Assembly: GCA_003599485.1 (NCBI GenBank)
Contig: QZKM01000019.1
Coordinates: 9,806-73,805 of the forward strand
Length of the DNA: 64,000 nt
Origin: Gammaproteobacteria bacterium
Lineage (GTDB): Bacteria > Pseudomonadota > Gammaproteobacteria > SURF-13
Direction: 5' to 3'
In this document: positions 48,398-58,433 of the stretch, one piece after another
Position numbering within the stretch: position 1 is the stretch's first letter
Layout of the letters: each line of letters starts with the position of its first letter
Program-made: the position numbers and the translations under genes
Notes under the pieces: generated by a model
What the model was told of the DNA's origin: nothing
Database searches by the model: none
Seen by the model: the letters and a program-made list of their open reading frames with translations, nothing else

Positions 48398-48425
48398 AAA
48401 AAAGCGGCAGTTATTCCACCGCCGC
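48398..48425 (-). terminator. Intrinsic terminator of clpS-clpA, overlapping the clpA stop
   Basis: GCGGCGGT-GGAATA-ACTGCCGC followed by T6 on the minus strand. Confidence 0.7.
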
Positions 48426-50687
48426 GTGATCGCTTTTTTCCTTTTCCTCGATCACAAAACTCAGCTTGCCGCCCCGTTCGCTCACCTTGACCTGACCGCC
48501 TGAGGCGAGCTTGCCGAACAGCAGTTCTTCGGCGAGCGGGCGCTTGATGTGCTCCTGGATCAATCGCGCCATGGGGCGCGCGCCCATCACCGGATCAAAG
48601 CCATGTTTGGCCAGCCAGGCGCGCGCAGCAAAGTCCACGTCGAGCGCGACGTGTTTCTCGTCCAGCTGCTCTTCCAGCTCGATGAGGAATTTATCCACCA
48701 CATGGGTGATGGTGGCGGCATCCAGCGCCTTGAACTGGATGATGGCGTCGAGCCGGTTGCGGAACTCCGGCGTGAAGGCGCGCTTGATGACCTCCAGGCT
48801 GTCGCCGCTGTGATCCTGCGTGGTAAAACCTATCGAGGCGCGGCTCATCTGTTCGGCGCCGGCGTTGGTGGTCATCACGATGACCACGTTGCGGAAGTCC
48901 GCCTTGCGCCCGTTGTTGTCGGTCAGCGTGCCGTGATCCATCACTTGCAGCAATAGGTTGAACACGTCCGGATGCGCCTTCTCGATTTCATCCAGCAGCA
49001 GCACGGCGTGCGGATGCTTGGTGACCGCCTCGGTGAGCAGGCCGCCCTGATCGAATCCCACGTAACCGGGCGGCGCGCCGATCAGGCGCGACACGGTGTG
49101 GCGCTCCATGTATTCCGACATGTCGAAGCGGATCAACTCCACGCCCATGATCTTGGCAAGCTGGCGCGTGACCTCGGTCTTGCCGACGCCAGTGGGACCG
49201 GCGAACAGGAATGAGCCGATGGGCTTGTGCGTCTGCGCCAGACCGGAACGCGCCATCTTGATCGCGGCGGCGAGCGACTCGATCGCCTGATCCTGTCCGA
49301 ACACCACCAGTTTCAGGTCGCGCTCCAGGGTGCGCAGCATTTCCTTGTCGGACACGCTCACGTTCCTGGGCGGGATGCGCGCCATCTTGGCGACGATGTT
49401 TTCAATCTCGGTCACGCCCACCGTGCGCTTGCGCCTGGAAGCGGGCAGGATGGCCTGGTTCGCGCCCGCCTCGTCTATCACGTCTATCGCCTTGTCGGGC
49501 AGGAAGCGGTCGTTGATGTAACGGCTGGCAAGCTCGGCGGCGGCGCGCAGCGCCTTGTGCGAATATTTCACCTTGTGGTGCGACTCGAAGCGCGACTTCA
49601 GGCCTTCCAGGATGGACACGGTTTCCTCCACCGAGGGTTCGCCCACCTCGATCTTCTGGAAGCGGCGCGACAGCGCGCGGTCTTTCTCGAAGATACCGCG
49701 GTACTCCTGATAGGTGGTGGAGCCGATGCAGCGCAACTCGCCGCCGGTGAGCGCCGGCTTGATGAGATTGGAGGCGTCCATCACCCCGCCGGAGGCCGCG
49801 CCCGCGCCGATGATGGTGTGGATTTCGTCTATGAACAGGATCGCGCCCGGTTCCTTGTGCAACTGATTGAGCACGCCCTTCAGGCGCTTTTCGAAATCGC
49901 CGCGGTACTTGGTGCCCGCGAGCAACGCGCCCATGTCCAGCGCATAGATGGTGGAATGCGTCAGCACCTGCGGCACGTCGCCCTCCACGATCATCTTGGC
50001 TAGGCCTTCGGCGATGGCGGTCTTGCCTACGCCCGCCTCGCCCACGTACAGGGGATTGTTCTTGCGCCGGCGGCACAGTATCTGGATGGTGCGCTCGATC
50101 TCGTTCTTGCGCCCGATGAGCGGGTCTATCTTGCCCTGGCGCGCGAACTGGTTGAGGTTGCTGGCGTACATCTCCAGCGGGCTGCGGCTGACCTGCTCGC
50201 CTGCGGCCTCTTCCTCGCCGGAGGAAGCGCCCGTCTGGCCCTCTTCTTCGCCCGGCACCTTGGAGATGCCGTGCGAGATGTAATTCACCACGTCCAGGCG
50301 GGTGATGCTGTGCTTCTTTAGTATGTACACCGCCTGGGAGTCCTGCTCGCCGAACACGGCGACCAGCACGTTGGCGCCGGTGACCTCCTTTTTCCCGGAG
50401 GCGTTGACGTGCAGCACCGCGCGCTGCAGCACGCGCTGAAAGCCGAGCGTGGGCTGGGTGTCGCGCGCGTCGTCCAGCGACAGGCGCGGGGTATGCTCGT
50501 TGATATACGCGCCCAGTTCATTACGCAACTGCTCGATGTCCGCCCCGCAGGCGCGCAGCACGGCCGCCGCCGCCGCGTTGTCCAACAGCGCCAGCACCAG
50601 ATGCTCCACGGTCATGAACTCGTGCATCTTGGCGCGCGCCTCGCGGAACGCGGTGTTGAGGGTAAATTCGAGCTCTTTGCTTAGCAT
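48411..50687 (-). CDS. clpA: ATP-dependent Clp protease ATP-binding subunit ClpA
   Basis: MLSKELE start, two Walker A motifs ([16 protein letters not shown]), [23 protein letters not shown]. Confidence 0.96.
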   Translation of the reverse strand: MLSKELEFTLNTAFREARAKMHEFMTVEHLVLALLDNAAAAAVLRACGADIEQLRNELGAYINEHTPRLSLDDARDTQPTLGFQRVLQRAVLHVNASGKKEVTGANVLVAVFGEQDSQAVYILKKHSITRLDVVNYISHGISKVPGEEEGQTGASSGEEEAAGEQVSRSPLEMYASNLNQFARQGKIDPLIGRKNEIERTIQILCRRRKNNPLYVGEAGVGKTAIAEGLAKMIVEGDVPQVLTHSTIYALDMGALLAGTKYRGDFEKRLKGVLNQLHKEPGAILFIDEIHTIIGAGAASGGVMDASNLIKPALTGGELRCIGSTTYQEYRGIFEKDRALSRRFQKIEVGEPSVEETVSILEGLKSRFESHHKVKYSHKALRAAAELASRYINDRFLPDKAIDVIDEAGANQAILPASRRKRTVGVTEIENIVAKMARIPPRNVSVSDKEMLRTLERDLKLVVFGQDQAIESLAAAIKMARSGLAQTHKPIGSFLFAGPTGVGKTEVTRQLAKIMGVELIRFDMSEYMERHTVSRLIGAPPGYVGFDQGGLLTEAVTKHPHAVLLLDEIEKAHPDVFNLLLQVMDHGTLTDNNGRKADFRNVVIVMTTNAGAEQMSRASIGFTTQDHSGDSLEVIKRAFTPEFRNRLDAIIQFKALDAATITHVVDKFLIELEEQLDEKHVALDVDFAARAWLAKHGFDPVMGARPMARLIQEHIKRPLAEELLFGKLASGGQVKVSERGGKLSFVIEEKEKSDHAAVE

Positions 50688-50738
50688 GATCGTTCCGGGG
50701 CTTATTCCTAAGACCACTCACCTCACTACAAGTTTAGT

Positions 50739-51065
50739 TTATGCCTTTTCCATGGTACATAACAACGGGTGCTGATGGTGGCGTGAGAAGTCGTTCACCT
50801 GCTCCACCTTGGTCTCGGCCACCTCGCGCGCGAACACCCCGCACACGCCGCTGCCCTGGGTGTGCACCTGCAACATCACCTGCACCGCCTTTTCCCGCGC
50901 CATGCCGAAGAAGGTCTGCAATACTTGTACCACAAACTCCATCGGCGTGTAATCGTCGTTCATCAACATGACCTTATACAGCGGCGGCTGCGCCAGCCTG
51001 GGCTTGGCCTCTTGCAGCGCCACCCCGCCGCCGTCATGCTGGTTTTCTCGCTTGCGTGTCGCCAT
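50739..51065 (-). CDS. clpS: ClpS N-degron adaptor
   Basis: [38 protein letters not shown]. Confidence 0.96.
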   Translation of the reverse strand: MATRKRENQHDGGGVALQEAKPRLAQPPLYKVMLMNDDYTPMEFVVQVLQTFFGMAREKAVQVMLQVHTQGSGVCGVFAREVAETKVEQVNDFSRHHQHPLLCTMEKA

Positions 51066-51329
51066 GACAAATGATTGTAACCGAAACCAGGGTGCTTACC
51101 AGTCTGTTAAGCAGACAGGGATGCCGGGGAAACAGCATCATCGCCCCGCTGAAATTAAGGTAATCCCGGCGGACGGGATTTTCAAGCAGACGCGCCTGAT
51201 ATATTTTATAATTAATATCTTATCTGACAGTCTTATGCTCCGTGACGGATGTTCCCATCGGCTGCGGAGTTTTGGGTTAAAATCCAGACCCGCTTCCTTG
51301 CAAGCACTCACCATCACAGGCCTTCACCC

Positions 51330-52184
51330 ATGCGGGCACCGGAAATTTTGCAGAGGCTCCATCAGTTCCGGCGCTTCGCGCGGCTGGTGAAGCAGCGCCT
51401 TGCGCAGGATCGCTGCAACAGCGTGGCGCAGAGTCTGGCCTTTATCACGCTGCTCTCCGTCGTTCCGCTTACCATCGTGGTGTTTGCGCTGTTCTCCGTG
51501 TTCCCCGTTTTCGAAAAATGGATGGCGGTGGCGCAGGACTTCATTTACAGCCAATTCGTACCCGCATCGGGCGAGGCGGTGCAAAACTATCTGCACCAAT
51601 TCGCAAAAAAATCCGCGCAGCTCACGGCGGCGGGCCTGGTATTTCTGCTCATCACGGCATTGCTGCTGCTCGCCACGATCGAGCAAGCCTTCAACAATAT
51701 CTGGCGCGTGACCAGGGGGCGCAAGGTGTTGCAGCGCTTTCTGACGTATTGGGCCATACTCACCCTGGGGCCGATCCTCATCGGCATCAGCCTGTCGCTC
51801 AGTTCCTATGTATTCTCGCTGCCGCTTTTTGCCGGCAGTGAAATCCTGCACGGCTTCCGCGCCTTCGCGTTTAAAAGCCTGCCGTTTTTGTTTGAGACCC
51901 TGGCCTTCATGCTGCTTTACACCGTGGTGCCGAATACCCCGGTGAAATGGCGTCATGCCCTGATCGGCAGTCTGTTCGCCGCGGTGTTGTTTGAAATCGC
52001 CAAGCGCGCATTTGCCGTGTTTGTGCTGCACTACTCCTCTTACGAACTGATTTATGGCGCCGTCGCCACTTTGCCGGTGTTCATGATCTGGATTTATTTG
52101 TCCTGGTTCATTACCCTGCTCGGCGCGGTGCTGGTCGCGTCCCTGCCGGAATGGAATACAGCCGAGCCGAAGGAAACGTCTTGA
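51330..52184 (+). CDS. YihY/virulence factor BrkB family membrane protein
   Basis: LAFITLLSVVP, IEQAFNNIW, YWAILTLGP, YGAVATLPVFMIWIYLSW; start placed at 51330. Confidence 0.9.
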   Translation: MRAPEILQRLHQFRRFARLVKQRLAQDRCNSVAQSLAFITLLSVVPLTIVVFALFSVFPVFEKWMAVAQDFIYSQFVPASGEAVQNYLHQFAKKSAQLTAAGLVFLLITALLLLATIEQAFNNIWRVTRGRKVLQRFLTYWAILTLGPILIGISLSLSSYVFSLPLFAGSEILHGFRAFAFKSLPFLFETLAFMLLYTVVPNTPVKWRHALIGSLFAAVLFEIAKRAFAVFVLHYSSYELIYGAVATLPVFMIWIYLSWFITLLGAVLVASLPEWNTAEPKETS

Positions 52185-52199
52185 CGCCTGTCCGCAGCA

Positions 52200-55100
52200 G
52201 TGATGCCGCAAATTAATCCGGCCGGGAAACCCGGCCCACTGCACCCCGCCCTGCCCGGCGCCACCGCGCAATGGGTGCGTTGGGAAAGCTTGCACGGCAG
52301 CGCGCGCGGCCTCGTCATCAGCCGGGCGGCGCAGGCGCACGCGGGGCTGCTGCTGGTGATCGCCGAAGACACGCCATCGGCCCAGCGCCTGGAAGAGGAA
52401 CTGCGCTTTTACCTGGGGCGGGACGACACACCGCCGTTACTGCACTTCCCGGACTGGGAAACCCTGCCTTACGACAGCTTCTCACCGCACAGCGACATCA
52501 TTTCCGGGCGGCTGGCCGCGCTCCATCGTCTGCCCGCGCTCACGCGCGGCATCCTCATTGCGCCGGTGCAAACCCTGATGCACCGGCTCGCGCCGCGCGA
52601 ATACCTGGAAGCGCGCAGCCTGGTGCTCGACACCGGGCAAACGCTCGATTCAGCCGCCATGCGCCGGCGTCTTGAGACGAACGGCTACCGCTGCGTCTCG
52701 CAAGTCATGGAGCACGGCGAGTTCGCGATACGCGGCAGCCTGATTGACTTATTCCCCATGGGCAGCGCCGCGCCGTACCGCATAGACCTGTTTGACGACC
52801 GGATCGAAAGCCTGCGCCGCTTCGATCCGGAGACCCAGCGCACCCTGGACAAAGTGCCGCAGGTGCGGCTCCTGCCCGCGCATGAGTTTCCGCTCGACGA
52901 ACAGGGCATCACACGCTTCCGCCACAACTTCCGCGAACACTTTGAAGGCGATCCGCAAAAAAGCCCGCTCTACCGCGACGTGAGCCAGGGGCTTGCGCCG
53001 TCCGGCATCGAATATTACCTGCCGCTGTTTTTCGAGCGTACCCACACCCTGTTCGATTACCTGCCGGACGCCTGCCTGGTGCTTTACAGCGAGGACGTCG
53101 AGCGGGCGGCGGATAAATTCTGGCGCGAGGCGAACGAACGTTACGAACAGGTACGCTACGACCGCGAGCGTCCCCTGCTCGCCCCCGGCCAATTATTTCT
53201 GCAAACCCGCGAGGTATTTGGCGCCACCGGCGCCCGTCCGCACATCGTCTGGAGCGAGCAGGAAACCGGTGCAAAGGCCGCCGTCCGCTACGCCACGCAA
53301 CCGCCTCCCGCGCTTGCCCTGGAAGCGCGCAGCGCGCATCCGCTGAACCGTTTGCGGCAGTTTCTGGAAAGCTTCAGCGGACGCGTGTTGTTCGCCGCTG
53401 AAAGCACGGGGCGGCGCGAGGCGCTGCTGGAATTGCTTGCGGCGGAAAATCTCCATCCGGCGGCATTTCCCGGCTGGCCGGAATTTTTAAACAGCGAGGC
53501 GCGCCTGGGCGTCACGGTCGCGCCGCTGGAACAGGGCCTGCTGCTCGACGACCCCTCCATTGCGGTGATCGCCGAGCCGCAGTTGTTCGGCGAACAGGCC
53601 GTGCAACGGCGGCGGCGCGCAACGGCGCGCCGCGATGTGGAGGGCGTGGTAAAGAGCCTGGCCGAACTGCGCATCGGCAATCCCGTGGTGCACGAACAGC
53701 ACGGCGTGGGCCGTTATCTCGGCCTGCAAACGCTCACCGCCGGCGGCGTCGAGGCGGAGTTTCTCGCCCTGGAATACGCGGGCGGCGACAAGCTCTACGT
53801 GCCCATTTCATCATTGTATCTCATCAGCCGCTACACTGGCGTGAATCCGGAACATGCGCCGCTGCACAAGCTCGGCGGCGAACAGTGGGAGCGCGCCAAA
53901 CGCAAGGCGCTGGAGCGCGCGCGCGACGTGGCGGCGGAGCTGCTGGAGAGTCACGCGCGGCGCGCGGCGCGCCAGGGCCACGCCTTTGCCGCCCCGGATG
54001 CGCACTACGCCGCCTTCGCGGCGGCCTTTCCGTTTGAAGAAACGCCTGACCAGTTGCAGGCCATTCACGACGTGCTGGCCGACATGCAATCCGGCAAGCC
54101 CATGGACCGGCTGGTGTGCGGCGACGTGGGTTTCGGCAAAACCGAAGTCGCGCTGCGCGCGGCGTTTATCGCCACGCAGGGCGGCAGGCAGGTGGTGCTG
54201 CTCGCGCCGACCACCCTGCTCGCGCAACAACACCATCAAACTTTTCTGGACCGTTTCGCGGATTGGCCGGTGCGTATCGAGGTGCTGTCGCGCCTGCGCA
54301 CGCCTAAACAGCAGCAGCAAACCTTGCAGGGACTCGCCGTGGGCACGGTGGATATCGTGATCGGCACGCACAAGCTGCTCAGCCCCGATGTGCAGTTCAA
54401 GCGTCTCGGCCTGGTGATTATTGACGAGGAACACCGTTTCGGCGTGCGCCATAAAGAGCGCCTCAAGCAACTGCGCTCGGAGGTGGACATCCTCACCCTC
54501 ACCGCCACCCCGATCCCGCGCACGCTGGGCATGGCGTTCGCCAACCTGCGCGAGCTGTCCATCATCGCCACCCCGCCCGCGCGCCGGCTGGTGGTCAAGA
54601 CCTTTGTGCGCGAATGGGACAAGACCTGGCTGCGCGAGGCGCTGCTGCGCGAAATCCTGCGCGGCGGCCAGGTGTATTTCCTGCACAACGATGTCGCCAC
54701 CATGCCCGCCATGCTGCGCGAGATCGAGACGCTGGCGCCGGAGGCGAACGCGCGCATCGCGCACGGCCAGATGCGCGAGCGCGAACTGGAGCAGGTGATG
54801 CTCGATTTCTATCACCAGCGCTTCAACGTGCTGCTGTGCAGCACCATCATCGAGAGCGGCATAGACGTGCCGAGCGCCAACACCATCATCATCAACCGCG
54901 CCGACAAATTCGGCCTGGCGCAGCTTTATCAACTGCGCGGGCGCGTGGGCCGTTCGCATCACAGCGCCTACGCCTATCTCATCATCCCCGAACGGCACGC
55001 GCTTGGCGCCGATGCGATCAAGCGCCTGGAGGCCATCGAAGCGATACAGGAGCTCGGCGCAGGCTTCACCCTCGCCGCGCACGATCTGGAAATCCGCGGC

Positions 55101-55709
55101 GCCGGTGAAATACTCGGCGAAGAACAGAGCGGCCAGATACAGGAAGTCGGCTACACGCTCTACACCGATTTACTGGAACGCGCCGTGCGCGCGCTCAAGG
55201 AGGGGCGCGAACCTGACCTGGAACGTCCGCCGGATCAGGGCGTGGAGATAGACGTCCGCGCGCCCGCGCTGATTCCGGCAGACTATCTGCCCGACGTGCA
55301 CGCGCGGCTGGTGTTGTACAAGCGCATCGCCAGCGCGGAAAACGAAACCGGACTGCGCGAGTTACAGGTGGAAATGATAGACCGCTTCGGCCTGCTGCCG
55401 GAGGCCGCCAAAACCCTGTTCAATATCGCCGGACTCAAGCTCAAGGCCAGGCCGCTCGGCATCCGCAAGATCGAAGCCGGCGAAACCGGCGCCCGCATCA
55501 GCTTCAGCCCCCACCCCGCAGTTGATCCGATGAGGATTATCGAACTGATCCAGAAACAACCCAAGGTGTACAAACTAGATGGGCGGGATAAATTGCGTAT
55601 CATTAAGCCTCTACCGGATACCACTGCACGCATTCACATCATCGAACAGTTGTTGCAGACATTGGCGCCACACACACTAGGAAATGAGGCTGCAAGTACA
55701 TGCAAATAA
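52200..55709 (+). CDS. mfd: Transcription-repair coupling factor
   Basis: FPDWETLPYD, RGSLIDLF, CGDVGFGKTEVA, DEEHRFGV, TATPIPRTL, QLRGRVGRS, TRCF C-terminal domain. Confidence 0.97.
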   Translation: MMPQINPAGKPGPLHPALPGATAQWVRWESLHGSARGLVISRAAQAHAGLLLVIAEDTPSAQRLEEELRFYLGRDDTPPLLHFPDWETLPYDSFSPHSDIISGRLAALHRLPALTRGILIAPVQTLMHRLAPREYLEARSLVLDTGQTLDSAAMRRRLETNGYRCVSQVMEHGEFAIRGSLIDLFPMGSAAPYRIDLFDDRIESLRRFDPETQRTLDKVPQVRLLPAHEFPLDEQGITRFRHNFREHFEGDPQKSPLYRDVSQGLAPSGIEYYLPLFFERTHTLFDYLPDACLVLYSEDVERAADKFWREANERYEQVRYDRERPLLAPGQLFLQTREVFGATGARPHIVWSEQETGAKAAVRYATQPPPALALEARSAHPLNRLRQFLESFSGRVLFAAESTGRREALLELLAAENLHPAAFPGWPEFLNSEARLGVTVAPLEQGLLLDDPSIAVIAEPQLFGEQAVQRRRRATARRDVEGVVKSLAELRIGNPVVHEQHGVGRYLGLQTLTAGGVEAEFLALEYAGGDKLYVPISSLYLISRYTGVNPEHAPLHKLGGEQWERAKRKALERARDVAAELLESHARRAARQGHAFAAPDAHYAAFAAAFPFEETPDQLQAIHDVLADMQSGKPMDRLVCGDVGFGKTEVALRAAFIATQGGRQVVLLAPTTLLAQQHHQTFLDRFADWPVRIEVLSRLRTPKQQQQTLQGLAVGTVDIVIGTHKLLSPDVQFKRLGLVIIDEEHRFGVRHKERLKQLRSEVDILTLTATPIPRTLGMAFANLRELSIIATPPARRLVVKTFVREWDKTWLREALLREILRGGQVYFLHNDVATMPAMLREIETLAPEANARIAHGQMRERELEQVMLDFYHQRFNVLLCSTIIESGIDVPSANTIIINRADKFGLAQLYQLRGRVGRSHHSAYAYLIIPERHALGADAIKRLEAIEAIQELGAGFTLAAHDLEIRGAGEILGEEQSGQIQEVGYTLYTDLLERAVRALKEGREPDLERPPDQGVEIDVRAPALIPADYLPDVHARLVLYKRIASAENETGLRELQVEMIDRFGLLPEAAKTLFNIAGLKLKARPLGIRKIEAGETGARISFSPHPAVDPMRIIELIQKQPKVYKLDGRDKLRIIKPLPDTTARIHIIEQLLQTLAPHTLGNEAASTCK

Positions 55710-56392
55710 TAACGAATATCCATCACAACATTCTTACATTTCACCAGCAGCTTGAAAGGGACAAGAACCACCGTTATTTATCATGGGAACATTGCTTCCT
55801 GCACTTCAGGAACCATGCTGCTTTCAGCACAGAGAAGGATGTTGATACGGCTTCTCTGCATCTTGCGTTTTATCTCGCAAGTTGGGGAATGTATAGAGGA
55901 TCGTCCTTCCTGCTGTGGAAGGATTACAGAATCCACATTCCTGTAGTACAGGAACTCTTGAGCAAAAAATATTCCCCGTTATGGCGGCTAAGTTTTAATT
56001 CGCTTCATAACGATAGCCCAGAAATAACCCTGCTTTTCGATCTAGCAAACTATTTGAAGGATATATACAAGAGATCGGCAGGCAAGATTAATGGCGGGCC
56101 TAAGGAGGCAAGCCCTACGGATACGCTAATAACCAAGATTCTTCTTGGCACTATGGGCTGCACTCCGGCTTATGATCGCTACTTCATTGATGGGGTTCGT
56201 TACCTGAAAAAGCCATTTACATCATTCAGTAAGCATAGCTACGGTATGTTGCTCGATTTTTATCGACAAAACTCCAAAGAAATACTAGATGCTCAACGTG
56301 TCATTGCCAAAACCGGAATTACATACCCCATCATGAAACTCGTAGACATGTATTTCTGGAATATCGGCTCTCAGCTTGGCGCAAGAAAGTAA
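55700..56392 (+). CDS. Conserved-looking hypothetical protein, AT-rich (possible HhH-glycosylase-like fold)
   Basis: 230-aa ORF overlapping the mfd stop by 10 nt; motifs HRYLSWEHC, FYLASWGMYRGSS, TKILLGTMGCTPAYDRYF, KLVDMYFW. Confidence 0.75.
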   Translation: MQIITNIHHNILTFHQQLERDKNHRYLSWEHCFLHFRNHAAFSTEKDVDTASLHLAFYLASWGMYRGSSFLLWKDYRIHIPVVQELLSKKYSPLWRLSFNSLHNDSPEITLLFDLANYLKDIYKRSAGKINGGPKEASPTDTLITKILLGTMGCTPAYDRYFIDGVRYLKKPFTSFSKHSYGMLLDFYRQNSKEILDAQRVIAKTGITYPIMKLVDMYFWNIGSQLGARK

Positions 56393-56411
56393 TTCAGTTA
56401 CGAGCAAGGCG

Positions 56412-56960
56412 TTAGCTTGGGTCTACGGCGGCTGACTCTATCGCCGCGTCCCTGAACAGCTCTTCGGTAAACCCGAACAGGCGAAAATCCCTGATCCGGC
56501 GCGGGTAGAGTATGCCGTCCAGGTGGTCGCACTCGTGTTGCACCACGCGCGCGTGGAAGCCGTGGGCTACCCGTTCGAAGCGCGCGCCTTGCGCGTCATA
56601 ACCCGTGTAACGCAGATGAGTGTGACGCTCGACCAGGCCGCGCATGCCGGGTACGCTCAAACAGCCTTCCCACATCTCGTCCTGTTCGTCGCCCAGAATT
56701 TCAATTTCTGGGTTGATGAGCACGGTGGCAGGCACGGGTTCGGCATCGGGATAGCGCGGATTCCTGTCCACGCCGAAGATCACCACCCGCAGGCTGACGC
56801 CGATTTGCGGCGCGGCGAGGCCCGCGCCGCTTTGCGCCGCCATGGTGTCGAACATGTCGGCGATCAAGGCGTCGATCTGCGGAGTATTGAATCCGGTGAC
56901 CGGCGCCGCCTTCTGCAACAGCAGCGGGTGACCCATGCGCAGTACGCTTTTTACAGTCAT
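56412..56960 (-). CDS. def: Peptide deformylase
   Basis: [24 protein letters not shown]. Confidence 0.95.
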   Translation of the reverse strand: MTVKSVLRMGHPLLLQKAAPVTGFNTPQIDALIADMFDTMAAQSGAGLAAPQIGVSLRVVIFGVDRNPRYPDAEPVPATVLINPEIEILGDEQDEMWEGCLSVPGMRGLVERHTHLRYTGYDAQGARFERVAHGFHARVVQHECDHLDGILYPRRIRDFRLFGFTEELFRDAAIESAAVDPS

Positions 56961-56967
56961 AATTTAG

Positions 56968-57118
56968 AGAGTCTCTGATTAAGTCAGAGGTTTCTGCGGT
57001 ACAGGGAGGTACCGCCATTTTACAATCACGCATGTGATTGTAAAATGAAGAAAAGCAAAAACCACGTTTTTGCTTTTCGTGCTCTGAGAAGTCCAGGATG
57101 GACTTATTCAGAGCTTCC
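56968..57118. mobile_element. 151-bp MITE-like element with IS5-like terminal inverted repeats and three perfect internal hairpins
   Basis: Left end AGAGTCTCTGATTAAGTC preceded by TTAG; right end reverse-complements to GGAAGCTCTGAATAAGTCC, flanked by TTAA. Internal stems are 7 bp (56996-57015), 14 bp (57016-57047) and 13 bp (57050-57078). Confidence 0.7.
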
Positions 57119-57859
57119 TTAAATAAGCGGGATGGTGTGCTCCAGCAGCAGGCGCACCTTGTTCATGCCGGCCTTGATGTGACGCTCGATGTCCTGCATG
57201 GTGATATCGCCGGGACCGCGGCCCGCCGCCATGTTCGCCACCAGCGCGCAGGCGGCGTAATCCAGATCGAGTTCGCGCGCGAGCGCGGTTTCGGGCATGC
57301 CGGTCATGCCCACGATGTCGCAACCGTCGCGTTCCATGCGGTCTATCTCGGCGGCGGTCTCCAGACGCGGGCCGGGCGTCGCGCCGTACACCGCGTGCTC
57401 GCTGCGGGAAAGCCCTGCCTTGTTGCAACCCTCGATGAGCGCCTTGCGCACGCTTTCACTATAGGGATGGGTGAAGTCAATGTGCTTGACGCCGCTGTCC
57501 TTGCCTTCAAAAAAGCTGTGGCAGCGGCCCCAGGTGTAATCCACGATTTGATGCGGGATGACCAGACTCTCCGGCACGAGATCGGCGCGTATGCCGCCCA
57601 CCGCCGCCACCGCGATGACCTTTTGCACGCCGATCTGTTTCAGCACCCACAGGTTGGCGCGGTAGTTGATCATGTGCGGCGGGATGGTGTGCCCCGGCCC
57701 ATGACGCGGCAAAAACACCACCTTTTTCCCGGACAGCAAACCGTGGGTAAGCGGCGCGGACGGCTCACCGTAGGGGGTATGCATCACCTCACGGTGCGTG
57801 ATCGTGAGATTCTTGAGCGAGGTGAGGCCGGTACCGCCGATGATTGCGAGTTGCGCCAT
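57119..57859 (-). CDS. mtnP: S-methyl-5'-thioadenosine/thioinosine phosphorylase (PNP/MTAP family)
   Basis: IIGGTG, TPYGEPS, PRHG..H, INYRAN, GPRLETAAE, VGMTGMPE. Confidence 0.9.
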   Translation of the reverse strand: MAQLAIIGGTGLTSLKNLTITHREVMHTPYGEPSAPLTHGLLSGKKVVFLPRHGPGHTIPPHMINYRANLWVLKQIGVQKVIAVAAVGGIRADLVPESLVIPHQIVDYTWGRCHSFFEGKDSGVKHIDFTHPYSESVRKALIEGCNKAGLSRSEHAVYGATPGPRLETAAEIDRMERDGCDIVGMTGMPETALARELDLDYAACALVANMAAGRGPGDITMQDIERHIKAGMNKVRLLLEHTIPLI

Positions 57860-58414
57860 TTAGCTCTGCTCCTTGACGGCGTAGATGCCGGGAAGATTAC
57901 GCCAATACTCCTTGTAATCCATGCCGTAACCGAACACGTAGCGATCCGGCACACTCAATCCCACAAAGTCGGCGCGCAGTTCATGCTTGCGCTCGCGCTG
58001 CTTTTCTATCAGCACCGCGCTGTACACGGCGCGCGCGCCGGCGTTTTTGCAGTGCCTGATGAGCGCTGCCAGCGTCACGCCCTCGTCCAGGATGTCATCT
58101 ATTAATAGTATCTCGCGGTTGGCCAGCGCATGGGTGGTCTTGACCACCCACTTCAATCGTCCGCCCTGCGTGTCGCCCGCGTAGCGCGTGGCGTGCAAAT
58201 AATCTATTTGCAGCGGGAAATCGAGGCGGGTAACCAGGCGCGCGGCGGCGATCAGGCCGCCGGTCATCACGCACAATATCAAGGGATCACGCCCCTTGAG
58301 CTTGAGGCTGATTTCAGCCGCCATGCGCGCGAGCGCCTGTTCCACTTGCTCTTCTGAATAAAGCAGATCGGCCTGATCGTAGACCTGCTGGGCTTCCTGG
58401 GCGGTGACGGGCAT
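57860..58414 (-). CDS. hpt: Hypoxanthine-guanine phosphoribosyltransferase
   Basis: CVMTGG, YLHATRY, LLIDDILDEGVT, VFGYGMDY; start placed at 58414. Confidence 0.9.
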   Translation of the reverse strand: MPVTAQEAQQVYDQADLLYSEEQVEQALARMAAEISLKLKGRDPLILCVMTGGLIAAARLVTRLDFPLQIDYLHATRYAGDTQGGRLKWVVKTTHALANREILLIDDILDEGVTLAALIRHCKNAGARAVYSAVLIEKQRERKHELRADFVGLSVPDRYVFGYGMDYKEYWRNLPGIYAVKEQS

Positions 58415-58433
58415 GGAATGTTTTATTTTAACA

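Noticed and set aside
51199-51220. AT-rich imperfect palindrome GATAT...ATATC between clpS and yihY
   Set aside because: Could be a promoter or operator, but too short and degenerate to call
53811-55082. 423-aa minus-strand ORF
   Set aside because: Antisense to mfd in GC-rich coding DNA; no motifs
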